Assembly: GCA_030390025.1 (NCBI GenBank)
Contig: JASTWF010000035.1
Span: 1,178,001-1,242,000 of the forward strand
Origin: Squalus acanthias
Lineage: Eukaryota
Direction of reading: 5' to 3'
Length of the DNA: 64,000 nucleotides
Shown: positions 13,501 through 26,707 of the stretch, in pieces
Numbering within the stretch: the stretch's first letter is position 1
How the letters are laid out: each line of letters opens with the position of its first letter
The notes under the pieces: model-generated
What the model was told of the DNA's origin: nothing
Database searches by the model: none
The model's input: the letters and a program-made list of their open reading frames with translations, nothing else
Translations under genes and position numbers: made by a program

Positions 13501-16500
13501 GCGAGAGAGAGAGAGAGAGAGTGAGTGCGAGACAGAGAGACTGAGTGCGAGAGAGAGAGAGAGTGCGAGAGAGAGAGAGTGCGAGAGAGAGAGAGACTGA
13601 GTGCGTGAGAGAGTGCCAGAGAGAGAGAGAGAGTGCGAGGGAGAGACAGAAACTGAGTGCGAGAGAGAGAGAGTGAGTGCGAGAGAGAGAGACTGAGTGC
13701 GAGAGAGTGAGTAAGAGTGAGTGCGAGAGAGAGAGGGAGAGACTGAGTGCGAGAGAGAGAGAGAGTAAGTGTGAGAGAGAGAGAGAGACTGATTGCGAGA
13801 GAGAGAGACTGAGTGCGAGAGAGAGAGACTGTTTGCGAGAGAGAGAGACTGAGTGCGAGAGAGAGAGAGAGACTGAGTGCGAGAGAGAGACAGAAACTGA
13901 GTGCAAGAGAGAGACAGAGAAAGACAGATGGGAGAGAGAGTGCGAGAGAGAAAATGACTGAGGATGCGAGAGAGAGAGAGTGAGTGCGAGAGAGAGAGAG
14001 ACTGAGTGCGAGAGAGAGAGAGTGCGGGAGAGAGAGACAGTGCGAGAGAGAGAGAGAGACAGAGTGTGAGAGAGAGAGACTGAGTGCGCAAGAGTGAGAC
14101 TAAGTGCGAGAGAGGGAGACTGAGTGCGAGAGAGAGAGAGAGAGTGAGTGCGAGAGAGAGAGAGAGAGACTGAGTGCGAGAGAGGGAGAGAGAGAGACTG
14201 AGTGCGAGAGAGAAAGAGTGAGTGCTAGGGAGAGAGAGAGACTGAATGCGAGAGAGAGAGAGAGAGTGCGAGAGAGAGAGAGGGTGAGTGTGAGAGAGAG
14301 AGACTGAGTGCGAGAAAGAGAGTAAGAGAGAGTGCGAGAGAGAGAGTGAGTGTGAGAGAGAGAGTGAGAGCGAGTGCGAGAGAGAGAGACTGAGTGCGAG
14401 AGAGAGAGAGAGACTGAGCGGGCGAGTGAGAGAGAGAGAGACTGAGTGCGAGAGAGAGAGAGAGAGTGAGTGCGAGAGAGAGAGAGACTGAGTGCGAGAG
14501 AGAGAGTGAGAGCGAGTGCGAGAGAGAGAGACTGAGTGCGAGAGAGAGAGAGACTGAGCGGGCGAGTGAGAGAGAGAGAGACTGAGTGCGAGAGAGAGAG
14601 AGAGAGAGAGTGTGAGAGAGAGAGAGAGACTGAGCGCGCGAGAGAGACGGAGTGCGAGAGAGAGAGAGACTGAGTATGAGAGAGAGAAAGAGTGAGTGCG
14701 AGAGAGAGAGAGAGTGAGTGCGAGAGAGAGAGTGAGAGCGAGTGCGAGAGAGAGAGACTGAGTGCGAGAGAGTGAGTGCGAGAGAGAGAGTGAGTGTGAG
14801 AGAGAGAGAGACTGATTGCGAGAGAGAGAGACTTATTGTGAGAGAGAGAGACTGAGTGCGAGATAGAGAGAGAGACTGAGTGCGAGAGAGAGACAGAGAA
14901 AGACAGATGGGAGAGCGAGTCCGAGAGAGAAAATGACTGAGCGCACGAGAGAGAGAGACTGAGTGAGAGAGAGGGAAAGAGAGAGATTGCGAGAGAGTGA
15001 GAGAGAGAGAGTGCGAGAGAGAGAGAGAGAGTGCGAGAGATAGAGACTGAGTGCGAGAGAGTGAGAGAGTGAGCGCGCGAGAGAGAGACTGACTGCGAGA
15101 GAGAGAGAGTGTGAGAGAGAGAGCCTGAGCGGGCGAGTGAGAGAGAGAGAGAGAGCGAGAGAGAGAGTGCGAGAGAGAGAGAGACTGAGCGCGCAAGAGA
15201 CTGAGTGCGAGAGAGACTGAGTGCGAGAGAGACAGAGAGACTGAGTGTGAGAGACAGAGAGAGACTGAGCGAGAGAGAGAGAGACTGAGTATGAGAGAGA
15301 GAAAGAGTGAGTGCGAGAGAGAGAGAGAGTGAGGGCCAGAGAGAGTGAGTGAGTGCGAGAGAGAGAGTGAGAGCGAGAGAGAGTGAGTGCGAGAGAGAGA
15401 GTGAGTGGGAGAGAGAGAGTGAGAGTGCGAGAGAGAGAGAGTGCGAGAGAGAGAGAGACTGAGTGCGTGAGAGAGTGCCAGAGAGAGAGAGAGAGTGCGA
15501 GGGAGAGAGAGAGTGAGTGCGAGAGAGAGTGAGTGCGAGAGAGAGTGAGTGCAAGAGAGAGAGAGTGAGTGCGAGAGAGAGTGAGTGCGAGAGAGAGAGA
15601 GAGAGAGTGAGCGCGAGAGAGAGTGAGTGCGAGAGAGAGTGAGTGCGAGAGAGAGAGAGTGAGTGCGAGAGAGAGTGAGTGCGAGAGAGAGAGAGAGAGT
15701 GAGTGCGAGAGAGAAAGAGAGTGGGAGAGAGAGAGTGAGAGTGCGAGAGAGAGAGAGTGCGAGAGAGAGAGAGACTGAGTGCGTGAGAGAGTGCCAGAGA
15801 GAGAGAGAGAGTGCGAGGGAGAGAGAGAGTGAGTGCGAGAGAGAGTGAGTGCAAGAGAGAGAGAGTGAGTGCGAGAGAGAGTGAGTGCGAGAGAGAGAGA
15901 GAGAAAGTGAGCGCGTGAGAGTGCCAGAGAGAGAGAGAGAGTGCGAGGGAGAGAGAGAGTGAGTGCGAGAGAGAGTGAGTGCAAGAGAGAGAGAGTGAGT
16001 GCGAGAGAGAGTGAGTGCGAGAGAGAGAGAGAGAGAGTGAGCGCGAGAGAGAGTGAGTGCGAAAGAGACTGAGTGCAAGAGAGAGAGAGTAAGTGCGAGA
16101 GAGAGTGAGCGAGAGAGAGAGAGTGAGTGCGAAAGAGAGTGAGTGCAAGAGAGAGAGTGAGTGCGAGAGAGAGTGAGTGCGAGAGAGAGAGAGAGAGTGA
16201 GTGCGAGAGAGAGAGTGAGTGTGAGAGAGAGAGAGTGCGAGAGAGAGAGAGAGAAAGTGAGCGCGTGAGAGTGCCAGAGAGAGAGAGAGAGTGCGAGGGA
16301 GAGAGAGAGTGAGTGCGAGAGAGAGTGAGTGCAAGAGAGAGAGAGTGAGTGCGAGAGAGAGTGAGTGCGAGAGAGAGAGAGAGAGAGTGAGCGCGAGAGA
16401 GAGTGAGTGCGAAAGAGACTGAGTGCAAGAGAGAGAGAGTAAGTGCGAGAGAGAGTGAGCGAGAGAGAGAGAGTGAGTGCGAAAGAGAGTGAGTGCAAGA

Positions 16501-19500
16501 GAGAGAGTGAGTGCGAGAGAGAGTGAGTGCGAGAGAGAGAGAGAGAGTGAGTGCGAGAGAGAGAGTGAGTGTGAGAGAGAGTGAGTGCGAGAGAGAGTGA
16601 GTGCGAGAGAGAGAGAGAGAGTGAGTGCGAGAGAGAGAGTGAGTGTGAGAGAGAGAGAGTGAGTGCGAGAGAGAGTGAGTGCGAGAGAGAGAGAGAGAGT
16701 GAGTGCGAGAGAGAGAGTGAGTGTGAGAGAGAGAGAGAGAGTGAGTGCGAGAGAGAGTGAGTGCGAGAGAGAGAGAGAGTGCAAGAGAGAGTGAGTGCGA
16801 GAGAGAGAGAGAGAGTGTGTGCGAGAGAGAGTGAGTGCGAGAGAGAGAGAGAGAGTGAGTGCGAGAGAGAGTGAGTGCGAGAGAGAGAGAGAGAGAGTGA
16901 GCGCGAGAGAGAGTGAGTGCGAGCGAGAGAGAGAGAGTGAGTGCGAGAGAGAGTGAGTGCGAGAGAGAGAGAGAGTGCAAGAGAGAGTGAGTGCGAGAGA
17001 GAGAGAGAGAGTGTGTGCGAGAGAGAGTGAGTGCGAGAGAGAGAGAGAGTGCAAGAGAGAGTGAGTGCGAGAGAGAGAGTGAGTGGGAGTGAGAGAGTGA
17101 GTGCGAGAGAGAGAGAGAGAGAGTGAGTGCGAGACAGAGAGAGAGAGTGCGAGAGAGAGTGAGTGCGAGAGAGAGAGTGAGTGCAAGAGAGAGTGAGTGC
17201 GAGAGAGAGAGTGAGTGGGAGTGAGAGAGTGAGTGCGAGAGAGAGAGAGAGAGAGTGAGTGCGAGACAGAGAGAGAGAGAGTGCGAGAGAGAGAGAGTGC
17301 GAGAGAGAGAGAGAGTGAGTGCGAGAGAGAGTGAGTGCGAGAGAGAGAGAGTGAGTGCGAGAGAGAGTGAGTGCAAGAGAGAGAGAGTGAGTGCGAGAGA
17401 GAGTGAGTGCGAGAGAGAGAGAGAGAGAGTGCGAGAGAGAGAGAGTGAGTGTGAGAGAGAGAGAGTGAGTGTGAGAGAGAGAGAGAGTGCGAGAGAGAGA
17501 GAGAGACTGCGTGCGAGAGAGAGTGAGTGCAAGAGAGAGAGAGTGAGAGTGAGTGCGAGACAGAGAGAGAGAGAGTGCGAGAGAGAGTGAGTGCAAGAGA
17601 GAGAGAGTGAGTGCGAGAGAGAGTGAGTGCAAGAGAGAGTGAGTGCGAGAGAGAGAGAGTGAGTGCGAGAGAGAGAGTGAGTGCGAGAGAGAGAGTGAGT
17701 GCGAGAGAGAGACAGAGAGTGAGCGAGAGAGAGAGAGTGAGTGCGAGAGAGAGAGTGAGTGCGAGAGAGAGAGAGTGAGTGCGAGAGAGAGAGTGAGTGC
17801 AAGAGAGAGAGAGTGAGTGCGAGAGAGAGAGAGAGAGACTGAGTGCAAGAGAGAGAGAGAGTGAGTGAGTGCGAGAGAGAGTGAGTGAGTGCGAAAGAGA
17901 GTGAGTGCAAGAGAGAGAGTGAGTGCGAGAGAGAATGAGTGCGAGAGAGAGAGAGAGAGAGAGTGCGAGAGAGAGAGAGTGAGTGCGAAAGAGAGTGAGT
18001 GCAAGAGAGAGAGTGAGTGCGAGAGAGAATGAGTGCGAGAGAGAGAGAGAGAGAGAGTGAGTGCGAGAGAGAGAGAGAGTGTGTGCGAGAGAGAGTGAGT
18101 GCGAGAGAGAGAGAGTGCGAGAGAGAGAGTGAGTGCAAGAGAGAGTGAGTGCGAGAGAGAGTGTGTGCGAGAGAGAGTGAGTGCGAGAGAGAGAGAGATT
18201 GTGTGCGAGAGAGATTGAGTGAGAGAGAGAGAGAGAGAGAGTGAGCGCGAGAGAGAGTGAGTGCGAGCGAGAGAGAGAGAGTGAGTGCGAGAGAGAGTGA
18301 GTGCGAGAAGAGAGAGAGAGAGAGAGTGAGAGAGAGAGAGAGTGAGTGCGAGAGAGAGAGAGAGAGAGAGTGAGAGAGAGAGAGAGTGAGTGAGTGCGAA
18401 AGAGAGTGAGTGCGAGAGAGAGTCGCAGTGCTGAGTGAGAGAGAGAGAGAGAGTGTAGCGAGTGAGAGAGAGAGAGTGTGCAGTGCGAGAGAGAGTGAGG
18501 TGTGAGAGTGAGGAGAGAGAGAGAGTGACGTGCGAGAGAGAGGAGTGATGTGCGAGAGAGAGAGAGAGTGAGTGCGAAGGAGAGGTTGGAGAGTGCGAGA
18601 GAGGAGTGTGTGCGAACGAGAGAGAGAGAGAGGGCGTGAGAGAGAGAGAGAGAGAGTGAGTGCGAGAGAGAGAGAGAGTGAGTGCGAGAGAGAGAGAGTG
18701 CGAGAGAGAGTGAGTGCGAGAGAGAGAGAGAGTGAAGTGCAAGATAGAGTGAGTGCGAGTGAGTGAGACTGGAGTGCGAGAGGAGAGAGAGGGAGTGTGT
18801 GCGAGAGAGAGAGAGAGTGACTGAGTGCGGGGGGAGGGAGAGAGAGAGTGAGAGTGAGTGTGAGAGAGAGAGAGAGAGTGCGAGAGAGAGAGAGAGACTG
18901 CGTGCGAGAGAGAGTGAGTGCAAGAGAGAGAGAGTGAGAGTGAGTGCGAGACAGAGAGAGAGAGAGTGCGAGAGAGAGTGAGTGCAAGAGAGAGAGAGTG
19001 AGTGCGAGAGAGAGTGAGTGCAAGAGAGAGTGAGTGCGAGAGAGAGAGAGTGAGTGCGAGAGAGAGAGTGAGTGCGAGAGAGAGAGTGAGTGCGAGAGAG
19101 AGACAGAGAGTGAGCGAGAGAGAGAGAGTGAGTGCGAGAGAGAGAGTGAGTGCAAGAGAGAGAGAGTGAGTGCAAGAGAGAGAGAGAGTGAGTGAGTGCG
19201 AGAGAGAGTGAGTGAGTGCGAAAGAGAGTGAGTGCAAGAGAGAGAGTGAGTGCGAGAGAGAATGAGTGCGAGAGAGAGAGAGAGAGAGAGTGCGAGAGAG
19301 AGAGAGTGAGTGCGAAAGAGAGTGAGTGCAAGAGAGAGAGAGTGAGTGCGAAAGAGAGTGAGTGCAAGAGAGAGAGTGAGTGCGAGAGAGAATGAGTGCG
19401 AGAGAGAGAGAGAGAGAGAGTGAGTGCGAGAGAGAGAGAGAGTGTGTGCGAGAGAGAGTGAGTGCGAGAGAGAGAGAGTGCGAGAGAGAGAGTGAGTGCA

Positions 19501-22500
19501 AGAGAGAGTGAGTGCGAGAGAGAGTGTGTGCGAGAGAGAGTGAGTGCGAGAGAGAGAGAGATTGTGTGCGAGAGAGATTGAGTGAGAGAGAGAGAGAGAG
19601 TGTGTGCGAGAGAGAGAGAGAGTGAGTGCGAGAGAGAGAGAGTGAGTGCGAAAGAGAGTGAGTGCAAGAGAGAGAGTGAGTGCGAGAGAGAGTGAGTGCG
19701 AGAGAGAGAGAGAGAGTGAGTGCGAGAGAGAGAGTGAGTGCGAGAGAGAGAGAGTGAGTGAGTGCGAGAGAGAGAGAGAGTGTGTGCGAGAGAGAGAGTG
19801 CGAGAGAGAGAGAGAGTGAGTGCGAGAGAGAGAGAGTGAGTGCGAGAGAGAGAGAGAGCGTGTGCGAGAGAGAGTGAGTGCGAGAGAGAGAGAGTGCGAG
19901 AGAGAGAGTGAGTGCGAGAGAGAGTGAGTGCGAGAGAGAGAGAGAGAGTGAGTGCGAGAGAGAGAGAGAGAGAGTGAGTGCGAGACAGAGAGAGTGCGAG
20001 AGAGAGAGAGTGCGAGAGAGAGAGAGAGTGAGTGCGAGAGAGAGTGAGTGCGAGAGAGAGAGAGTGAGTGCGAGAGAGAGTGAGTGCAAGAGAGAGAGAG
20101 TGAGTGCGAGAGAGAGTGAGTGCGAGAGAGAGAGAGAGAGAGTGAGCGCGAGAGAGAGTGAGTGCGAGAGAGAGTGAGTGCGAAAGAGAGAGAGAGTGAA
20201 TGCAAGAGAGAGTGAGTGCGAGAGAGAGAGAGTGAGTGCGAAAGAGAGTGAGTGCAAGAGAGAGAGTGAGTGCGAGAGAGAGTGAGTGCGAGAGAGAGAG
20301 AGTGAGTGCGAGAGAGAGAGAGAGTGTGCGAGAGAGAGTGAGTGCGAGAGAGAGAGAGTGCGAGAGAGAGAGTGAGTGCGAGAGAGAGTGAGTGCGAGAG
20401 AGAGAGTGAGTGCGAGAGAGAGAGAGAGTGTGTGCGAGAGAGAGTGAGTGCGAGAGAGAGAGTGAGTGCGAGAGAGAGTGAGTGCGAGAGAGAGAGTGAG
20501 TGCGAGAGAGAGAGAGAGAGAGTGAGTGCGAGAGAGAGTGAGTGCGAGAGAGAGAGAGAGAGAGTGAGTGCGAGACAGAGAGAGTGCGAGAGAGAGAGAG
20601 TGCGAGAGAGAGTGAGTGCGAGAGAGAGAGTGAGTGCGAGAGAGAGTGAGTGCAAGAGAGAGTGAGTGCGAGAGAGAGTGAGTGCGAGAGAGAGAGAGTG
20701 AGTGCGAGAGAGAGTGAGTGCAAGAGAGAGAGAGTGAGTGCGAGAGAGAGTGAGTGCGAGAGAGAGAGAGAGAGAGTGAGCGCGAGAGAGAGTGAGTGCG
20801 AGAGAGAGTGAGTGCGAAAGAGAGTGAGTGCAAGAGAGAGAGAGTGAGTGCAAGAGAGAGTGAGTGCGAGAGAGAGAGAGTGAGTGCGAAAGAGAGTGAG
20901 TGCAAGAGAGAGAGTGAGTGCGAGAGAGAGTGAGTGCGAGAGAGAGAGAGAGAGAGAGTGAGTGCGAGAGAGAGAGAGAGTGTGTGCGAGAGAGAGTGAG
21001 TGCGAGAGAGAGAGAGTGCGAGAGAGAGAGTGAGTGCAAGAGAGAGTGAGTGCGAGAGAGAGTGTGTGCGAGAGAGAGTGAGTGCGAGAGAGAGAGTGAG
21101 TGCGAGAGAGAGAGAGATTGTGTGCGAGAGAGATTGAGTGAGAGAGAGAGAGAGTGAGTGCGAGAGAGAGAGAGAGTGTGTGCGAGAGAGAGAGAGTGTG
21201 TGCGAGAGAGAGAGAGAGACTGAGTGCGAGAGGGAGAGAGACTGAGTGCGAGAGAGTAAGAGTGAGTGCGAGAGAGAGAGAGACTGAGTGCGAGAGAGAG
21301 AGAGAGTGAGTGTGAGAGAGAGTGAGTGCGAGAGAGAGTGAGTGCGAGAGAGAGAGAGATTGTGTGCGAGAGAGATTGAGTGCGAGAGAGAGAGAGAGAG
21401 AGAGAGTGAGTGCGAGAGAGAGAGGGAGTGTGTGCGAGAGAGAGAGAGACTGAGTGCGAGAGAGAGAGACTGAGTGCGAGAGAGAGAGAGAGACTGAGTG
21501 CGAGAGAGAGAGACTGAGTGCGAGAGAGAGAGAGAGACTGAGTGCGAGAGAGAGAGACTGAGTGCGAGAGAGAGAGAGAGTGAGTGTGAGAGAGAGAGAG
21601 AGACTGAGTGCGAGAGAGAGAGACTGTTTGCGAGAGAGAGAGACTTATTGCGAGAGAGAGAGAGTGAGTGCCAGAGAGAGAGAGTGAGTGCGAGAGAGAG
21701 AGTGAGAGCGAGAGAGAGTGCGTGCGAGAGAGAGAGTGAGTGGGAGAGAGAGAGTGAGTGCGAGAGAGAGAGAGAGAGAGTGAGTGCGAGACAGAGAGAC
21801 TGAGTGCGAGAGAGAGAGAGTGCGAGAGAGAGAGAGACTGAGTGCGTGAGAGAGTGCCAGAGAGAGAGAGAGAGTGCGAGGGAGAGACAGAAACTGAGTG
21901 CGAGAGAGAGAGAGTGAGTGCGAGAGAGAGAGACTGAGTGCGAGAGAGTGAGTAAGAGTGAGTGCGAGAGAGAGAGGGAGAGACTGAGTGCGAGAGAGAG
22001 AGAGAGTGAGTGTGAGAGAGAGAGAGAGACTGATTGCGAGAGAGAGAGACTGAGTGCGAGAGAGAGAGAGAGAGACTGAGTGCGAGAGAGACAGAAACTG
22101 AGTGCAAGAGAGAGACAGAGAAAGACAGATGGGAGAGAGAGTGCGAGAGAGAAAATGACTGAGGATGCGAGAGAGAGAGAGTGAGTGTGAGAGAGAGAGA
22201 GACTGAGTGCGAGAGAGAGAGAGTGCGGGAGAGAGAGACAGTGCGAGAGAGAGAGAGAGAGACAGAGTGTGAGAGAGAGAGACTGAGTGCGCAAGAGAGA
22301 GACTAAGTGCGAGAGAGGGAGACTGAGTGCGAGAGAGAGAGAGAGAGTGAGTGCGAGAGAGAGAGAGAGAGACTGAGTGCGAGAGAGGGAGAGAGAGAGA
22401 CTGAGTGCGAGAGAGAGAGTAAGAGTGAGTGCTAGGGAGAGAGAGAGACTGAATGCGAGAGAGAGAGAGAGTGCGAGAGAGAGAGAGGGTGAGTGTGAGA

Positions 22501-23615
22501 GAGAGAGACTGAGTGCGAGAAAGAGAGTAAGAGAGAGTGCCAGAGAGAGAGTGAGTGCGAGAGAGAGAGACTGAGTGCGAGAGAGTGAGAGAGAGAGTGA
22601 GTGTGAGAGAGAGAGTGAGTGAGAGAGAGGGAAAGAGAGAGATTGCGAGAGAGTGAGAGAGAGAGAGTGAGTGTGAGAGAGAGAGAGAGAGAGACTGAGT
22701 GCGAGAGAGTGAGTAAGAGTGAGTGCGAGAGAGAGAGACTGAGTGCGAGAGAGAGAGTGAGTGCGAGAGAGAGAGTGAGTGTGAGAGAGAGAGAGACTGA
22801 TTGCGAGAGAGAGAGACTTATTGTGAGAGAGAGAGAGTGAGTGCGAGAGAGAGAGAGAGATTGCGAGAGAGAGAGTGTGAGTGTGAGAGAGAGAGAGAGT
22901 GAGTGCGAGAGAGAGAGTGCGAGAGAGAGAGAGTGAGTGCGAGAGAGAGAGAGTGAGTGAGAGAGAGAGAGTGATTGCGAGAGAGAGAGAGAGAGATAGA
23001 GTGAGTGCGAGAGAGAGAGAGTGAGTGCGGGAGAGAGAGAGTCTGAGTGCGAGAGAGAGAGTGTGCGAGTGCGAGAGAGAGAGTGTGCGAGTGCGAGAGA
23101 GAGAGTGTGCGTGCGAGAGAGAGAGAGAGTGAATGCGAGAGAGAGAGTGCGAGAGAGAGTGCGAGAGAGAGAGTGAGTGCGAGAGAGAGAGAGTGAGTGC
23201 GAGAGAGAGAGAGTGAGTGCGAGAGAGAGAGAGTGAGTGAGAGAGAGAGAGTGATTGCGAGAGAGAGAGAAAGAGAGATAGAGTGAGTGCGAGAGAGAGA
23301 GAGTGAGTGCGGGAGAGAGATAGTCTGAGTGCGAGAGAGAGAGTGTGCGAGTGCGAGAGAGAGAGAGTGCGAGTGCGAGAGAGAGAGTGTGCGTGCGAGA
23401 GAGAGAGAGAGTGAATGCGAGAGAGAGAGAGTGCGAGAGAGAGAGTGAGTGCGAGAGAGAGAGAGTGAGTGCGAGAGAGAGAGAGTGAGTGCGAGAGAGA
23501 GAGAGACTGCGTGCGAGAGAGAGAGACTGAGTGTGTGAGAGAGTGAGACTGAGTGCGAGAGAGAGAGAGAGGGAGAGACGGAGTGTGAGCAAGAGACTGA
23601 ACGTGTGAGTGAGAC
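10599..23615. repeat. ~13 kb (GA)n-derived satellite, units like GAGTGAGTGC(GA)n and GACTGAGTGC(GA)n
   Basis: Directly visible. The + strand is almost all purine, and landmark motifs recur. Confidence 0.98.
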
Positions 23616-23618
23616 ATA

Positions 23619-24119
23619 AGACCTGATTGTAAGTCTGCCCACCTTATGGGAAGGGAGCGGGCACTTTGATAAAATGCAGGTCGGGCAAGTCCCACTGCAT
23701 TCCCGAAACGATCATGCCCGCCACCATTTTAACTGCCAGGCTTGCGGCAGCGTCAGGGATCGGCCGGCGCGGACAGGCGGGAGCTGATTAATATTTAAAT
23801 GTGCTCCAGTTACGGAATTTGAAGTGCTCCTCTGGGTCCCTTGGAAACCTTAGGCCTGCCTCCTCTGTCCCGGGCTTCACTCCCCTTCCCCTTACCTTCC
23901 ATCACCATTTATCTCAGTGCTGAGAACTATTCCCTCGACTCAATTCCCATTCCTGTCCGCCCGCCCGCCACTTCCTCTGCATTCCCGTCGGTTTCGGCTG
24001 GGACTAATGAGTTCCAGGAGTCCAAATGGCCCAGGTTTGACGCCAGGTGCTGTGTGGGGCACTTCCCAATCTCCTTGGCCCTGCAGGTCACAATCACATT
24101 CCAAGTTAAAATCAGGCTC
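23619..24119. mobile_element. Probable Harbinger-type MITE at the satellite edge
   Basis: Imperfect TIRs gacctgattgtaagt / agttaaaatcaggctc. Satellite-like sequence resumes at 24121-24180. Confidence 0.5.
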
Positions 24120-26707
24120 CAGTCTGAATGAGAGAGACTGTGAGCAAGACTAAACGTCAAGGAGTGTGAGTGAGACATAGAAACATTGAAACATAGAAAA
24201 ATAGGAGCAGGAGTAGGCCATTCGGCCCTTCGAGCCTGCATGTTTGCTTTCAGTGACTAGTGTACAAGGACACCCAGGTCCTTTTGTACATCAGCATTTC
24301 CCAATCTATCACCATTTAAATAATACTCTACCTTTCTGTATTTCCTACCAAAGTGGATAACTTCACATTTATCCACGTTATACTGCATCTGCCATGTATT
24401 TGCCCACTCACTCAACTTGTCTAAATCACCTTGAAGCCTCTTTGCATCCTCCTCACAACTCACAATCCCACCTAGTTTCTTCTCATCAGCAAACTTGGAA
24501 ATATTACATTTGGTTCCCTCATCCAAATCATTGATATATATTGTGAATAGTTGGGGCTCAAGCACTGATCCCTGCGGTACCACACTAGTCACCGCCTGCC
24601 ACCCCAAAAAAGACCCATTTATTCCTACTCTCTGTTTCCTGTCTGTTAACCAATTTTCAATCCATGCCAGTATATTACCTCCAATCCCATGTGCTTTAAT
24701 TTTGCACACTAAACTCTTATGTGGGACTTTATCGAAGGCCTTCTGAAAATCCAAATACACCACATCCACTGGTTCTCTCTTATCTATTCTACCAGTTGCA
24801 TCCTCAAAAAACTCCAGTAGGTTTGTCAAACACGATTTCCCTTTCATAAATCCATGTTGACTTTGTCTAATCCCGTTGATATTTTCTAAGTGTCTTGTTA
24901 TCACATCCTTTATAATAGACTCTAGTATTTTCCCTACTACTGATGTTAGGCTAACCGGTCTATAGTTCCCGGTTTTCTCTCTCCCTCCTTTTTTAAATAG
25001 TGGGGATACATTTGCCACCCTCCAATCTGCCGGAACTGTTCCATAATCTATAGAATTTTGGAAGATAACAACCAATGCATCCACTATTTCCATGGCTACC
25101 TCTTTTAGTACTCTGGAATGCAAATTATCAGGCCCTGGGGATTTATCAGCTTTCAGTCCCATTAATTTCTCCAGCACTATATTTTTACTAATACTAATTT
25201 CCTTTAATTCCTCCTTCTCACTAGACCCTTGGTTCTCTCGCATTTCTGGGAAGTTATTTGTGTCCTCTTCCGTGAAGACAGAACCAAAGTATTTGTTTAA
25301 TTGCTCTGCCATTTCCTTGTTCCCCATTATAAATTCTCCCGTTTCTGACTGCAAGGGACCTACATTTGTCTTCACTAATCTTTTTCTTTTTACATACTTG
25401 TAGAAGCTTTTACAGTTCACTTTTATGTTCCTTGCAAGTTTACTCTCATAGTCTATTTTTCCCCTCTTAATCAATCTCTTGGTCCCTTTTTGCTGAACTC
25501 TAAACTGCTCCCAATCCTCAGGCTTGCTACTTTTTCTGGCAACTTTATATGACTCCACTTTGGATCTAATACTATCCTTAATTTCTTTTGTTAGCCATGG
25601 TTGGGCCACTTTTCATTTTGTGTTTTTGCGCCAGAAAGGAATGTATAACTGTTGCAATTCATGCATTCATTCCTTAAATGTTAGCCATTGCCTATCCACC
25701 GTCAAGCCTTTTAATGAAGCTCTCCAATCTATCATAGCCAACTCACTCCTCATACCTTCGTAGTTTCCTTTGTTTAGATTTAGGACCCTAGTTTCAGATT
25801 GGACTTCTTCACTTTCCATCTTAATGAAGAATTCTATCATGTTATGGTCACTCTTCCCTAAAGGACCCCGCACAACAAGATTATTAATTAACCCCTTCTC
25901 ATTGCACAATACCCAATCTAGGATAGCCTGTTCCCTAGTTGACTCCTCAACGTACTGGTCTAAAAAACCATCTTGTACACACTCCAGGAATTCATCCTCC
26001 ACAGTATTATTGCTAATTTGGTTTGGCCAGTCTATATGTAGATTAAAGTCTCCCATTATTACTGTAGTACCCTTGTTACATGCATCTCTAATTTCCTGTT
26101 TGATGCCGTCCCCTACATTACCACTACTGTTTGGAGGTCTATAGACAACTCCCACCAATGTTTTTTGCCCCTTGATGCTTCTTAGCTCCACCTGGACTGA
26201 TTCTGCATCTTGATTTTCTGAGCCAATATCTTTTCTCACTATTGCTCTGATTTCATCTTTTATTAACAATGCCACCCCACCTCCTTTTCCTTTTTGCCTG
26301 TCCTTCCTAAATATCGAATATCGTTGGATATTCAGCTCCCAGCCTTGGTCACCCTGCAGCCATGTCTCCGTAATTGCAATTATATCGTATCCATTTACAT
26401 CTATTTGCGCTGTTAATTTGTCTACCTTATTATGAATACTTCGTGCATTCAGATACAGTGCCTTTAGATTTGTCTTTTTAACATTTTTAGACATCTTAAC
26501 ATTTTTTTGAACTATGGCCCTATTTGTCTTATTACCATTTTTTCTTACCCGGACCCTATTTGTTAGTGCACTCCTTTGTTTGTACGCTCTGTCCCTTCCT
26601 GATGCAATCTGGTTATCCTTACCCCAATCACTTTCCTGCACTGCTTCCTTGTCTTTTCTCTTTAGCATTCTAAATTTCTCTCCACCAGGACCCTCCCCCC
26701 ACCTTAT

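Noticed and set aside
18300..18840. Locally degenerate patch in the satellite
   Set aside because: Scattered single-base indels look like low-quality consensus; it cannot be called biological without reads.
10594..23695. Very long ORFs (up to 3156 aa) rich in Ser/Leu/His/Thr or Arg/Glu
   Set aside because: They arise from the stop-poor (GA/TC)n satellite and are open in several frames at once.
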